Below, in pieces: positions 18,320 to 26,421 of a stretch of 64,000 bases of DNA (position 1 is its first letter; every line of letters starts with the position of its first letter). Origin of the DNA: Phototrophicaceae bacterium. GTDB lineage: Bacteria > Chloroflexota > Anaerolineae > Aggregatilineales > Phototrophicaceae. Location: positions 3,930,302 to 3,994,301 of the forward strand of contig OZ244801.1 in the NCBI GenBank assembly GCA_965219985.1, in the 5' to 3' direction. The notes beneath the pieces are model-generated. The model was not told the origin of the DNA and made no database searches. It saw only the letters and a program-made list of their open reading frames with translations. The position numbers and the translations under genes are program-made.

Positions 18320-18487
18320 TCAGCCGAAGAAGATGTAGGTGATGGCTGTTGTGAATCCAAGGTATGCCAAGATATCAAGCGGCGAACGACCGGCATTTGC
18401 GGCCAAGACTACCGTCAGCATTGCGATTACGGCAATCAGGTAGAGGAAACCGCGCTTGTCAGGCATTGAGGATTGACTTTCAGACAT
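18320..18487 (-). CDS. Very small membrane protein (55 aa), hypothetical; its stop lies 3 nt upstream of the start of the 92-aa ORF (near-abutting)
   Basis: My own translation: MSESQSSMPDKRGFLYLIAVIAMLTVVLAANAGRSPLDILAYLGFTTAITYIFFG. Below the ORF-track cutoff; the stop TGA is at 18320-18322. Confidence 0.25.
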   Translation of the reverse strand: MSESQSSMPDKRGFLYLIAVIAMLTVVLAANAGRSPLDILAYLGFTTAITYIFFG

Positions 18488-18698
18488 GGATCTCTTCTCG
18501 CAAGTTCTCAGCTAACTTAGAAAGATGCGACGAATGTGTTCTCTAAAGTACAATAATTGTACTAGAACAGTAGAAAGAACTTAAGAATTTCCTAGCCGGG
18601 GAGTGGTGAATAGGCGGTTATGCTAGACTGCGCCGAGCAAACAAGAAAACTCTGTGTTCTCAGTAGATGCAAGTAAGTCATGCAAATTTCACAGCATC

Positions 18699-18722
18699 GG
18701 GTCAGCCAAGGCTGACCCCTAC
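18699..18722. repeat. REP-like hairpin inside the MITE (gggtcagcc-aa-ggctgaccc ctac)
   Basis: 9-bp perfect arms. Confidence 0.7.
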
Positions 18723-18747
18723 CGGGTTCAAAATATAGTCGAAAGTT

Positions 18748-18773
18748 GTAGGGGCGAGCCTTGGCTCGCCCGC
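18748..18773. repeat. REP-like hairpin inside the MITE (gtaggggcgagcc-tt-ggctcgcccgc)
   Basis: Same core as the copies at 10040, 25620 and 63914. Confidence 0.8.
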
Positions 18774-19082
18774 ACAAACACGAAAATTCGCTATTTTGTG
18801 ATGATGTACCTAAATTCTCATTACTTACTCGCACTTACTTCTGTGCCCTCTGTGGTGAAAAAACTGTGACCTGTTCACTTAGAGCGTTATATCCGCGATG
18901 TTCACCACTCCCCTAGCCGCTCAGAGAAGGGTAGCCCAACCGTCGCGATGCATTAGAGCTTCGACATCGCAGCAGGCCTGTCGGGGCAAAATCGAGCGCT
19001 TGCGTCAGTCTTGACTACCCTGTTACATATCAATCTGCGATAATTGTGACAATCGCGCGAACCTGCCCCGGAACAAACCACA

Positions 19083-21335
19083 ATGCCCAGACCCCTCTAT
19101 GTGACCGAGCCCAAGGTCATCAACACGCTGCGACCGCGCCCCAGCCGAGACAAGTACCTGGAAGTGGCGACGACCAATCGCAACAAGCTGGAAGAATTTC
19201 GCCGCATCCTGCCGGATTACGAGATCGTCGGCGCCAAGCTGGACATTGAAGAGATCCAGAGCCTGGACCCCTACAAGGTCGCGCGCCACAAAGCGATCGC
19301 AGCCTGGAAAGCCAATAATTACAATCCCATCCTGGTGGAGGAGACGTCGCTGGCGCTGCGTGGCTTGGGCGGCCGGCCCGGCGCCTATATCAAGGACTTC
19401 TGCGAAGAAGCGGAAATGCGGCGCATGATCGCCGAAGGCTGGCTGCGCGGGCGTGATCGGGCGGCGCTGGCGAAGGTGTTGATCGCCGTGTTTGACGGCG
19501 CCGAGGTGCAGATTCGCGAAGGCAACACAGCCGGGACTATCGCGGAAACGCTGCGCGGTACAAACGGATTCGGCTTCGATGATATGTTAATCCCCGCGGG
19601 CGAGGCGCGCACCTTCGCCGAGATGAGCGCCAGCGAGAAAGATCGCCACAATATGCGGCGCAAAGCGCTGGAAGCGCTGCGCGACCGCCCCTTTGAACTG
19701 GGGCAAGGCGTCTTCATGATACCGGAGCCCTATCGCCAGGAAGTCGAGCGCGTGGACTATGCCGCGCTGGCTGACGAAGCGGCGCTGGATTTCGCCTTTG
19801 CGCTGGAGGCCCTGGAAGGCGACAATCCGCCCAACCTTGACTTCGCCGCGCCCAATTATCAGCCGATTCAATACGAAGAGAATATCTATTACACGCGCTA
19901 CCTGCCCAAAGCGGACAGCAGCAGCATCGGCTTGATCCTGACCGATGTCGACCGCGGCACACTGCGCATGAACAAGAACGGCTCGCCGGTAGTCTGGCAA
20001 TTCGGGCCCGATCGACGCACCCTGTGTCTGGCGCAGCGGGCCGATTTCTTCCGCAGCAATCAGAGCGCTGAAGTCCTGGCGACGCTCGATGCTATCGCCG
20101 ACAGCGACGCCATTCCCCAACGCTGCAATCGCCGCTCGGGCACGGTGGAGACAGTACTCGGGCTCAACGACAAACCCTATATCACCAGCACCTATTCCTG
20201 GAAAGATCTGGGCTACCGCAAGATGTCGTCCGCCAAGCATGTATCGCGGACGCTGAGCGCCGAATGCGGGCTGTTCAATCGCATCGGCAAACATCCGCGC
20301 AGCGTGCTCGGCTTCGGCTCCATGCCGGCTATATCCGGCTGGCGCGATGTGCTGGTCGCGGCGGCCATAGGGCATCACGCCATATTCACGCATCGCAACA
20401 GCATCTTCGCCGGTTATATCGACCGGCAGGCGGCCGTCATCAACGCGGCCAAGGACGTGCTGCGGCGGATACTGCCGCGCGAGGCCGATTATCAGCGCGC
20501 CGCCCGCAATATCGGCGCCGCCATCGGCTGCAGCAATGTCGCCGACGAGGTGGCGGATGCCCGTTATCTGTACGAGCGGGCCGGCGTACGCTTGTTTCGC
20601 ATCTACACGATCAACTCCGACCCGCGCGTGATCGAGGTGGCGGCGGCCATCCGCGCCGAGTTCGGCGATGACATTGAGCTCTTCGTCGGGCAGGTCAGCG
20701 ACAAGGCGCAGTGCCTCAAGCTAATTGCGCCGGAAGTGCGGGCGGATGGGCTGTTTTTTGGGCACGGGGGCGGGCGGCAGTGCACGTCAGCGACCAACGG
20801 CATGGCGGTGACCACGCTGGAAGAGGTCTACAGCATCACGACTGACGAGCGCTTTAACCAGGTGACCATCGCCGTGGAAGGCGGCATCGGCACATCAATG
20901 GGGCACTTGTTGCTGATGGGCGTCGACTTGATTTCCTACAATCAGCAGTTGGCTCGCTGCGTCATTGAGCAGGGCGATATCTACTTCGAGCACAATAGCG
21001 GGGTGGTCTGCATGCCTTATCACGGCAGCGCCTCGGCGCCGACCATGATCATCGAGAGCGCCAACCCGGCTTTGGCGCGCAAGCGGCTACGCCCCGGCGG
21101 GCGAACGCGCAATGTCGAGGGCAAAGCCGGTTATCGCTTCTTCGAGGAGAAAGCCAATTCGATGGTCTTTTACCTCAATACCTTTAAGCATTACGCGGCG
21201 CGCGCCCTGGCCGATGTGGGCGTGACCGATATGGCCGAGCTGCGCGATTTTGCGCGCAATCACGACGAGGAGCTGATTCGCGTGGTGAGCTCGCAAGCCA
21301 GCGCGGTGGGCCAGGCTTATGGGAATTGGATGTGA
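19083..21335 (+). CDS. Fusion protein: N-terminal Ham1/RdgB-type non-canonical NTP pyrophosphatase (ITPase), a linker of about 150 aa of unknown fold, and a C-terminal IMP dehydrogenase/GMP reductase-like TIM barrel without a CBS subdomain
   Basis: ITPase motifs: ATTNRNKLEEF, VEETSL, FGFDDMLIP, KDRHNMRRKALEAL. IMPDH-like motifs: GHGGGRQCTSAT (Cys loop, compare GIGPGSICTT), AVEGGIGTSMGHLLLMGVD (compare IADGGI), YHGSAS (compare YRGMGS). A single uninterrupted 750-aa ORF. Confidence 0.7.
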   Translation: MPRPLYVTEPKVINTLRPRPSRDKYLEVATTNRNKLEEFRRILPDYEIVGAKLDIEEIQSLDPYKVARHKAIAAWKANNYNPILVEETSLALRGLGGRPGAYIKDFCEEAEMRRMIAEGWLRGRDRAALAKVLIAVFDGAEVQIREGNTAGTIAETLRGTNGFGFDDMLIPAGEARTFAEMSASEKDRHNMRRKALEALRDRPFELGQGVFMIPEPYRQEVERVDYAALADEAALDFAFALEALEGDNPPNLDFAAPNYQPIQYEENIYYTRYLPKADSSSIGLILTDVDRGTLRMNKNGSPVVWQFGPDRRTLCLAQRADFFRSNQSAEVLATLDAIADSDAIPQRCNRRSGTVETVLGLNDKPYITSTYSWKDLGYRKMSSAKHVSRTLSAECGLFNRIGKHPRSVLGFGSMPAISGWRDVLVAAAIGHHAIFTHRNSIFAGYIDRQAAVINAAKDVLRRILPREADYQRAARNIGAAIGCSNVADEVADARYLYERAGVRLFRIYTINSDPRVIEVAAAIRAEFGDDIELFVGQVSDKAQCLKLIAPEVRADGLFFGHGGGRQCTSATNGMAVTTLEEVYSITTDERFNQVTIAVEGGIGTSMGHLLLMGVDLISYNQQLARCVIEQGDIYFEHNSGVVCMPYHGSASAPTMIIESANPALARKRLRPGGRTRNVEGKAGYRFFEEKANSMVFYLNTFKHYAARALADVGVTDMAELRDFARNHDEELIRVVSSQASAVGQAYGNWM

Positions 21336-21371
21336 TGCTCAGTTGACATGTAGTTGCTGCCAAAGATTCCA

Positions 21372-21418
21372 TTTGTGGGATCTTCATATGATAAGTTATC
21401 ATCTTGGTAGTCCACAAA
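21372..21418 (+). promoter_or_regulatory. Nested palindrome upstream of the methyltransferase gene (candidate operator or RBS-occluding hairpin)
   Basis: TTTGTGG (21372-21378) and CCACAAA (21412-21418) flank a perfect 15-nt palindrome ATGATAAGTTATCAT (21388-21402). The right arm abuts the AAGGTGA Shine-Dalgarno sequence of the ATG at 21430. Confidence 0.3.
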
Positions 21419-21429
21419 GGTGAGCGACC

Positions 21430-23094
21430 ATGAACTTTAAAGAAAACGAATCCGAACAGAAGTTGCGCGGCGGATACTATACACCGGATGATCTTGCAGA
21501 GTTTCTTGTTCGTTGGGTAGCGGCTAGACAGCCAGAAACGGTTTTGGAGCCTGGTTGTGGTGACGGGGTATTTCTTGAAAAAATTGGGTTGCATCTTGAA
21601 GAAAGCACCGTACTGGGGTTCGAAATCGATAGCACTGAGGCCAACAAAGCTCGTTGTCGCGCTCACAGCGTTAACCTAGTCAATACAACTATACACGAGA
21701 GAGACTTTCTTGATTGGGCGGTCAAGGCAATAAGAAACGAAAGCTGCGAATTTGATGCAGTGGTGGGCAACCCTCCGTTCATCCGCTATCAGTATTTGCC
21801 CTCTGTTTTTCAAAGTCGTGCAGAGGCAATATTCAGAAACCTCAACTGCAGGTTTACAAGACATACTAACGCTTGGGTTCCGTTTGTCCTTGCGGCATTT
21901 GCGTTGCTTCGTCCTGGTGGTCGGCTTGCAATGGTAGTGCCGGCGGAGATAATTCATGTCTTGCACGCTGGTTCACTTAGGGAATACATTGGAAAACACG
22001 CTCGTAAGATCACTATTGTTGATCCGGAAGAACTATGGTTTTCGAATACTTTGCAGGGGGCGGTACTTCTGCTTGCAGAGAAGCGGCGCGACAGTCGTGA
22101 CCGGGCTGAGGGTGTAGGGATTTTCCCGGTTCATGGGCGCGAGTTTATCAATAGGGGCCCTCACGATATTTTTGATACCCCTCATCCAATAAATGGAAAG
22201 ACGATCGAAAGTAAGTGGACTAGGGCACTTCTTGAGCCAAAAGTAAGGTCGTTAATTGATGGACTAACAGTCTTGAAGTCGGTACGTCGTTTCAAGGAGA
22301 TTGCTACCGTTGACGTTGGGATCGTCACCGGAGCAAATAAGTTCTTTCTCGTTCCAGACGATACCGTTCAACGGTTTGGTCTTAGTAAATGGTCGCATCC
22401 AATGTTTGGGCGTAGCCAGCACTGTCCTGGTATCGTTTATGACCGAACGCAACATAGCTCAAATGCTGAAAAGGGATTTCCGACGAATTTTATCTGGTTT
22501 AAGGACAAAGAGGTCGAAAGAAGCCCAGCCGCAAGGGCGTACATACTTCACGGAGAACGACGCAACCTAAATACTCGTTACAAATGTCGGACGCGCAAAC
22601 CCTGGTATTCGGTACCTTCCGTCTATTCGACCGAAATTGGGATGCTCAAACGAGCACATCATATACCACGACTTATTCTCAACAAGCTCAGCGCATACAC
22701 GACGGATACTTCATATCGTATTTCTGTCAAAGACGGAACTGCACAGAGCTTAGTATATTGTTTTGTGAATCCTCTCACTGCGTTGAGTGCCGAGTTAGAG
22801 GGCCGGCACTATGGCGGCGGTGTTTTGGAGCTAGTCCCGTCAGAGATAGAACGGCTGCTTATACCTGTTCCTGTTGATGTAGAATCCGATGTGCGGTTAC
22901 TTGACAAGTTAATACGAACGGAATCAATAGATTGTGTGTTGCGGCATCAGAGCCGGACAATTCTTGGTGCTCTTGGGCTATCCGCTTCGGAACAGGAAGA
23001 ACTAATACTAGCCTGGAAGGGGCTGCGCGATAGGCGAAACCGTGTCACTTCAAAGACGGTCCAAAGTCGGAGTACATTGAAACGCTTGATCTAG
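21430..23094 (+). CDS. Gamma-class N6-adenine DNA methyltransferase (Eco57I/TaqI-like, with a C-terminal target-recognition domain)
   Basis: Motif I VLEPGCGDGVFL and motif IV VVGNPPFIRY; 554 aa. GC is visibly lower than in the flanks. Confidence 0.8.
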   Translation: MNFKENESEQKLRGGYYTPDDLAEFLVRWVAARQPETVLEPGCGDGVFLEKIGLHLEESTVLGFEIDSTEANKARCRAHSVNLVNTTIHERDFLDWAVKAIRNESCEFDAVVGNPPFIRYQYLPSVFQSRAEAIFRNLNCRFTRHTNAWVPFVLAAFALLRPGGRLAMVVPAEIIHVLHAGSLREYIGKHARKITIVDPEELWFSNTLQGAVLLLAEKRRDSRDRAEGVGIFPVHGREFINRGPHDIFDTPHPINGKTIESKWTRALLEPKVRSLIDGLTVLKSVRRFKEIATVDVGIVTGANKFFLVPDDTVQRFGLSKWSHPMFGRSQHCPGIVYDRTQHSSNAEKGFPTNFIWFKDKEVERSPAARAYILHGERRNLNTRYKCRTRKPWYSVPSVYSTEIGMLKRAHHIPRLILNKLSAYTTDTSYRISVKDGTAQSLVYCFVNPLTALSAELEGRHYGGGVLELVPSEIERLLIPVPVDVESDVRLLDKLIRTESIDCVLRHQSRTILGALGLSASEQEELILAWKGLRDRRNRVTSKTVQSRSTLKRLI

Positions 23095-24269
23095 TAAATT
23101 TGTATGATAAAGAATCCATCGTCGAATTTGGATCGATAAAGCCACAATGTTCGCTCGAGAAGATCTTCCTGGCCAATAAGCTCACGCACCGATCCCCAAT
23201 GTATCTGGGTCATACTGTTTTTCTGAGTGTACGCCTTGGTGTCTGTTCGTGAGTTGTGTGACATTCTGAGAGAAAAAACGCCGTAGCTAACATCCCGGAT
23301 AACAATTTGAAACTGGCCTTCCGTGCGCTCAATATGCTCACTCCCTTTCGCAACATCATATTGCCAATCAAGACCAGCAAATACTTCATCACGAAAGTAA
23401 TGTCTATGGTCGATATTCTCTACAGCGCCCTTTTTGAAAAGCATAGAACCGGTAGGGTTGGTATTGGCTCCGACCGGTATTGAAAGGTCGCGTCGCGTCA
23501 AGGGATTACTCTTCCATAGTAGGGTCATTTGCTCCCTTGCAGGTAAAACAACACCGGAGAAATCTGAGTGTGCTTGCTCCGCCTCCGCATTTGAAGCTTC
23601 TCGGAAAGGATTGACGTAAGGAATTACGATTGAGCGAGTCCTAATATTCATCCTGGGGACTGTATCCAGATCACGTCTTGTTGACGTAGCCGATACGGTT
23701 GGTTCTGGGTCTATACTTTCGTCAGTTACACGTCCAGTAGCAAAGAGCTTTTCAATCGCCGCAAGGTCTGAAATTTGGAGCACGTTGTCAGGATGTTCTG
23801 CAACCATGCCATCAATCTGTTGTTCCAGCTGTTGAACAAACGTTTTGTCGTCCGGCTCATGAAGGTTCAAATTAAGAATGACGCTAGCTTCAATGTTCGA
23901 GAGCAGGCCTCCGACAGTGAGGTTCGCGCTTCCAATGAGCAAGCGCGCTTCATTCGGATTTCGTGACATGTATATTTTTGGATGGAACACTAGGTTTCGC
24001 GAACCCGTATCCACCACATGGGTGGAACAACCGAATTCCAAGCTTGTTTTCAATCCTTGGGCTGTTGTAATTCCATTTCGTATCCCTGTTAAGATCGTCG
24101 TCTTATTTGCAATCGGCTTGATGTCTTCGTGGAGAAAAGATAGCCCACGCGCGTTCATAAACGCTACGCTCATGATTATCCGTGTCGGCGAATCAATTTG
24201 CAGGACATGCTTGACACCAGACAGATGATCTTCTTCGGAAATGCCTTGAAGCAATAAGCGTTTGACCAT
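23091..24269 (-). CDS. PLD-superfamily (single HKD half-site) restriction endonuclease, NgoFVII/BfiI-like, with a C-terminal putative B3-like DNA-binding domain
   Basis: FHPKIYMSRNPNEARLLIGSANLT gives HxK...GSxN. The gene is convergent with the methyltransferase, and the two overlap by 4 nt at their stops. It shares the same low-GC composition. Confidence 0.7.
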   Translation of the reverse strand: MVKRLLLQGISEEDHLSGVKHVLQIDSPTRIIMSVAFMNARGLSFLHEDIKPIANKTTILTGIRNGITTAQGLKTSLEFGCSTHVVDTGSRNLVFHPKIYMSRNPNEARLLIGSANLTVGGLLSNIEASVILNLNLHEPDDKTFVQQLEQQIDGMVAEHPDNVLQISDLAAIEKLFATGRVTDESIDPEPTVSATSTRRDLDTVPRMNIRTRSIVIPYVNPFREASNAEAEQAHSDFSGVVLPAREQMTLLWKSNPLTRRDLSIPVGANTNPTGSMLFKKGAVENIDHRHYFRDEVFAGLDWQYDVAKGSEHIERTEGQFQIVIRDVSYGVFSLRMSHNSRTDTKAYTQKNSMTQIHWGSVRELIGQEDLLERTLWLYRSKFDDGFFIIQIY

Positions 24270-24298
24270 GGTAAATTGCGCTCTGCCAGTCGGCTACC

Positions 24299-25396
24299 TC
24301 AAAACACGATAATCCCGCGCGCGACCTCGCCGGTGAGCATGTCCTGGTAGGCTTCGTTGATCTCCTCCAGGCTATAGCGCTTCGTCACCAGCTCGTCCAG
24401 CTTGAGCTTGCCGTTGGAATACAGATCCAGGAACATGGGGAAGTCGCGCTGGGGCAGCACCGAGCCGTAGAAGCTGCCTTTGATGACTTTCTCGGTGCGG
24501 GTGATGATGGCGCCGGGCAAGTTGGTGCCGCTGCCTACCGGCGTCAAGCCCACCAGGGTCAGCGTACCGCCCGGGCGTGTGGCCTCAAAGGCGGTCTCTT
24601 GCAGAGATTGCAAGCCGACCGATTCAAAGACATGGTCAGCGCCACGGCCAGCCGTGAGCGCCTGGATCTGGGTGACGGTGTCTTCGGAGTACATGGTATG
24701 CGTGGCGCCAAATTCGCGCGCGATCTCCATCTTGGTGCTATTGGTGTCGATGGCGATGATGGGGTCGGCGCCGCACATAGCCGCGCCCATGATGATATTC
24801 AAGCCGACGCCGCCAGCGCCGTAGACGGCAACGCTCTCGCCCGGGCGCACGCCAGCGGTGAACATGGCGGCGCCCACGCCGGTGGAGACGGCGCAGCCCA
24901 CCAGCGCCGCTACTTCCAGCGGCACATCGCGGCGGACAGCCACGCAGCCTGATTCGGGAATCACCACGTATTCCGCGAAACAGCCCAGCCCGGTCATGAT
25001 GTAAATCGGCTCGCCATCCCTGGATATCCGGCTGCTGCCGTCTTTCTGCAAACCCGAGCGCAGCACGGGCGTATATGTTTCGCAGAGGTTGGACTTGCCT
25101 TGCTGGCAGTAGAAGCAACTGCCGCAATGGGCGCGGAAGTTCAGCGAGACGTGATCGCCGGGCTGTACGCTGGCAACGCCGTCGCCGACCGCTTCGACCA
25201 CGCCGGCGCCTTCATGTCCGCAGATGATGGGCAAGGGAAAATAGGACAAGCCTTCCACCACGTGCCAGTCGCTGTGGCAGACGCCGCTGGCCGCCATCTT
25301 GACCAGCACTTCGCCCGCTTGCGGCGCTTGCAAGTCGACGGTTTCGATGCTGAAAGGCGTGTTGGTTTCGTTAAGTACGGCGGCTCTCATCTTCAT
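24299..25396 (-). CDS. Zinc-dependent medium-chain alcohol dehydrogenase
   Basis: GVCHSDWH, GHEGAGVV, a structural-zinc Cys cluster (CGSCFYCQQGKSNLC) and the Rossmann motif VYGAGGVGL. Confidence 0.85.
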   Translation of the reverse strand: MKMRAAVLNETNTPFSIETVDLQAPQAGEVLVKMAASGVCHSDWHVVEGLSYFPLPIICGHEGAGVVEAVGDGVASVQPGDHVSLNFRAHCGSCFYCQQGKSNLCETYTPVLRSGLQKDGSSRISRDGEPIYIMTGLGCFAEYVVIPESGCVAVRRDVPLEVAALVGCAVSTGVGAAMFTAGVRPGESVAVYGAGGVGLNIIMGAAMCGADPIIAIDTNSTKMEIAREFGATHTMYSEDTVTQIQALTAGRGADHVFESVGLQSLQETAFEATRPGGTLTLVGLTPVGSGTNLPGAIITRTEKVIKGSFYGSVLPQRDFPMFLDLYSNGKLKLDELVTKRYSLEEINEAYQDMLTGEVARGIIVF

Positions 25397-25492
25397 GGGC
25401 TTGTCCTCTCGCTAGTGCGCGGTCTCGGCAGCGGAATCGACTCACTGATTATAGTCACAGCGCAATGATTCGCGCCACAAACAGAGCTGGAA

Positions 25493-25735
25493 GGGCGTGG
25501 TAAATAGGCGGTTACGAATACCGTGCCAAGCAATCAAGAAATTCTGATCCCTCAGTAAATCCAAGTAAGTAATGACAATCGCAGCAGCAAGAAAGAAATG
25601 CCAAAATACTCGTATGGTTGTAGGGGCGAGCCTTGGCTCGCCCACGATTGCCAGGGATTTCCAATCCATTTTCGCAGAACCACATGGGTCCTGCTTCTGT
25701 GTCCTCGGTGATGAATGTGATGCGAAGCGATTGAA
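25493..25735. repeat. Degenerate relic of the IS1-derived MITE
   Basis: The left end gggcgtggtaaataggcggttacg matches the MITE left end. The interior shares caagtaagt, a REP hairpin and cttctgtgtcctcggtga. The right terminal repeat is missing. Confidence 0.55.
25620..25645. repeat. REP-like hairpin (gtaggggcgagcc-tt-ggctcgcccac)
   Basis: Read directly; same core as the other copies. Confidence 0.8.
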
Positions 25736-25818
25736 GGCTTTCGCGCGGCCTCTATTCCATTTGCGCCTCGCTGACCTATAATGGCGCGTCACATTGAGCA
25801 TACAGAAGGGAGACGCGC

Positions 25819-26295
25819 ATGAACGCGCAGATTCAAGAATTCTGGAATTTGAATCGCCTGTATACGCCCCTGCGCGATGAGCTGCTGGCGGCGCTGAGCG
25901 ATGCGGATTTGGCTTATTCGCCGGGCGGCGGCAACCCGACGCTGGGTGAACTTTGCCGTGAATTGGGCGAGACGCAATATGCTTACGCGCAGTCCTTCAA
26001 GACCTTCACAGTCGATTTTAGCTATCGGACGAACGACGATCGCTATCTGTCAAGCGTGGCCGCGCTGCGAGCCTGGTACAAACAACTCGACGACGACTTG
26101 GAGGCGGCGCTGGAAGCGGTGACCGACGCCAATGTGGCCGACAAGCAGATGGATCGCGACGGCTACCGAGTGGCGCTGCATATCAGCCTGGACATATTGC
26201 GCGAGGCGCTGCTGATCTTCTACGGCAAAGTCAGCGTTTACGCCAAGGCAATGGGCTTGCCCTTGACGCAGACCTGGCGTGATTGGATCGCCTGA
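25819..26295 (+). CDS. DinB-superfamily protein
   Basis: 158-aa helical ORF with a DinB_2-like pattern (LGELCRELGETQYAY ... ISLDILREALLIFYGK). Weaker than the call at 12844-13329. Confidence 0.5.
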   Translation: MNAQIQEFWNLNRLYTPLRDELLAALSDADLAYSPGGGNPTLGELCRELGETQYAYAQSFKTFTVDFSYRTNDDRYLSSVAALRAWYKQLDDDLEAALEAVTDANVADKQMDRDGYRVALHISLDILREALLIFYGKVSVYAKAMGLPLTQTWRDWIA

Positions 26296-26421
26296 TCCCG
26301 CTGCGGCGGACGGCAACCTTGATTGTGGTAGCGCCGTGTAAGACGCCCTGCGAAACTGCCCTGCCCTGCGTTAGAATACCTTGGACTGTGTCGACCCGTT
26401 CAGACAGTTCACAGGACAGAA

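Larger units (their letters stand above)
18599..18912. mobile_element. MITE (314 bp) derived from the IS1-family element, with a 7-bp target duplication
   Basis: The ends GGGAGTGGTGAA...TTCACCACTCCC match the IS. The first 32 nt are identical to the reverse complement of the IS end at 10843-10874. Flanking direct repeat CTAGCCG (18592-18598 and 18913-18919). No coding capacity. Confidence 0.8.

Noticed and set aside
18592-18869. ORFs 18592-18834 (minus) and 18654-18869 (plus). Also 25442-25801, 25572-25781, 9971-10177, 63686-63961 and 2556-2801.
   Set aside because: All lie inside MITE or REP debris. They share repeat-derived peptides (VGASLGSPA, SVSLW) in different genomic contexts, which indicates translated repeats rather than genes.
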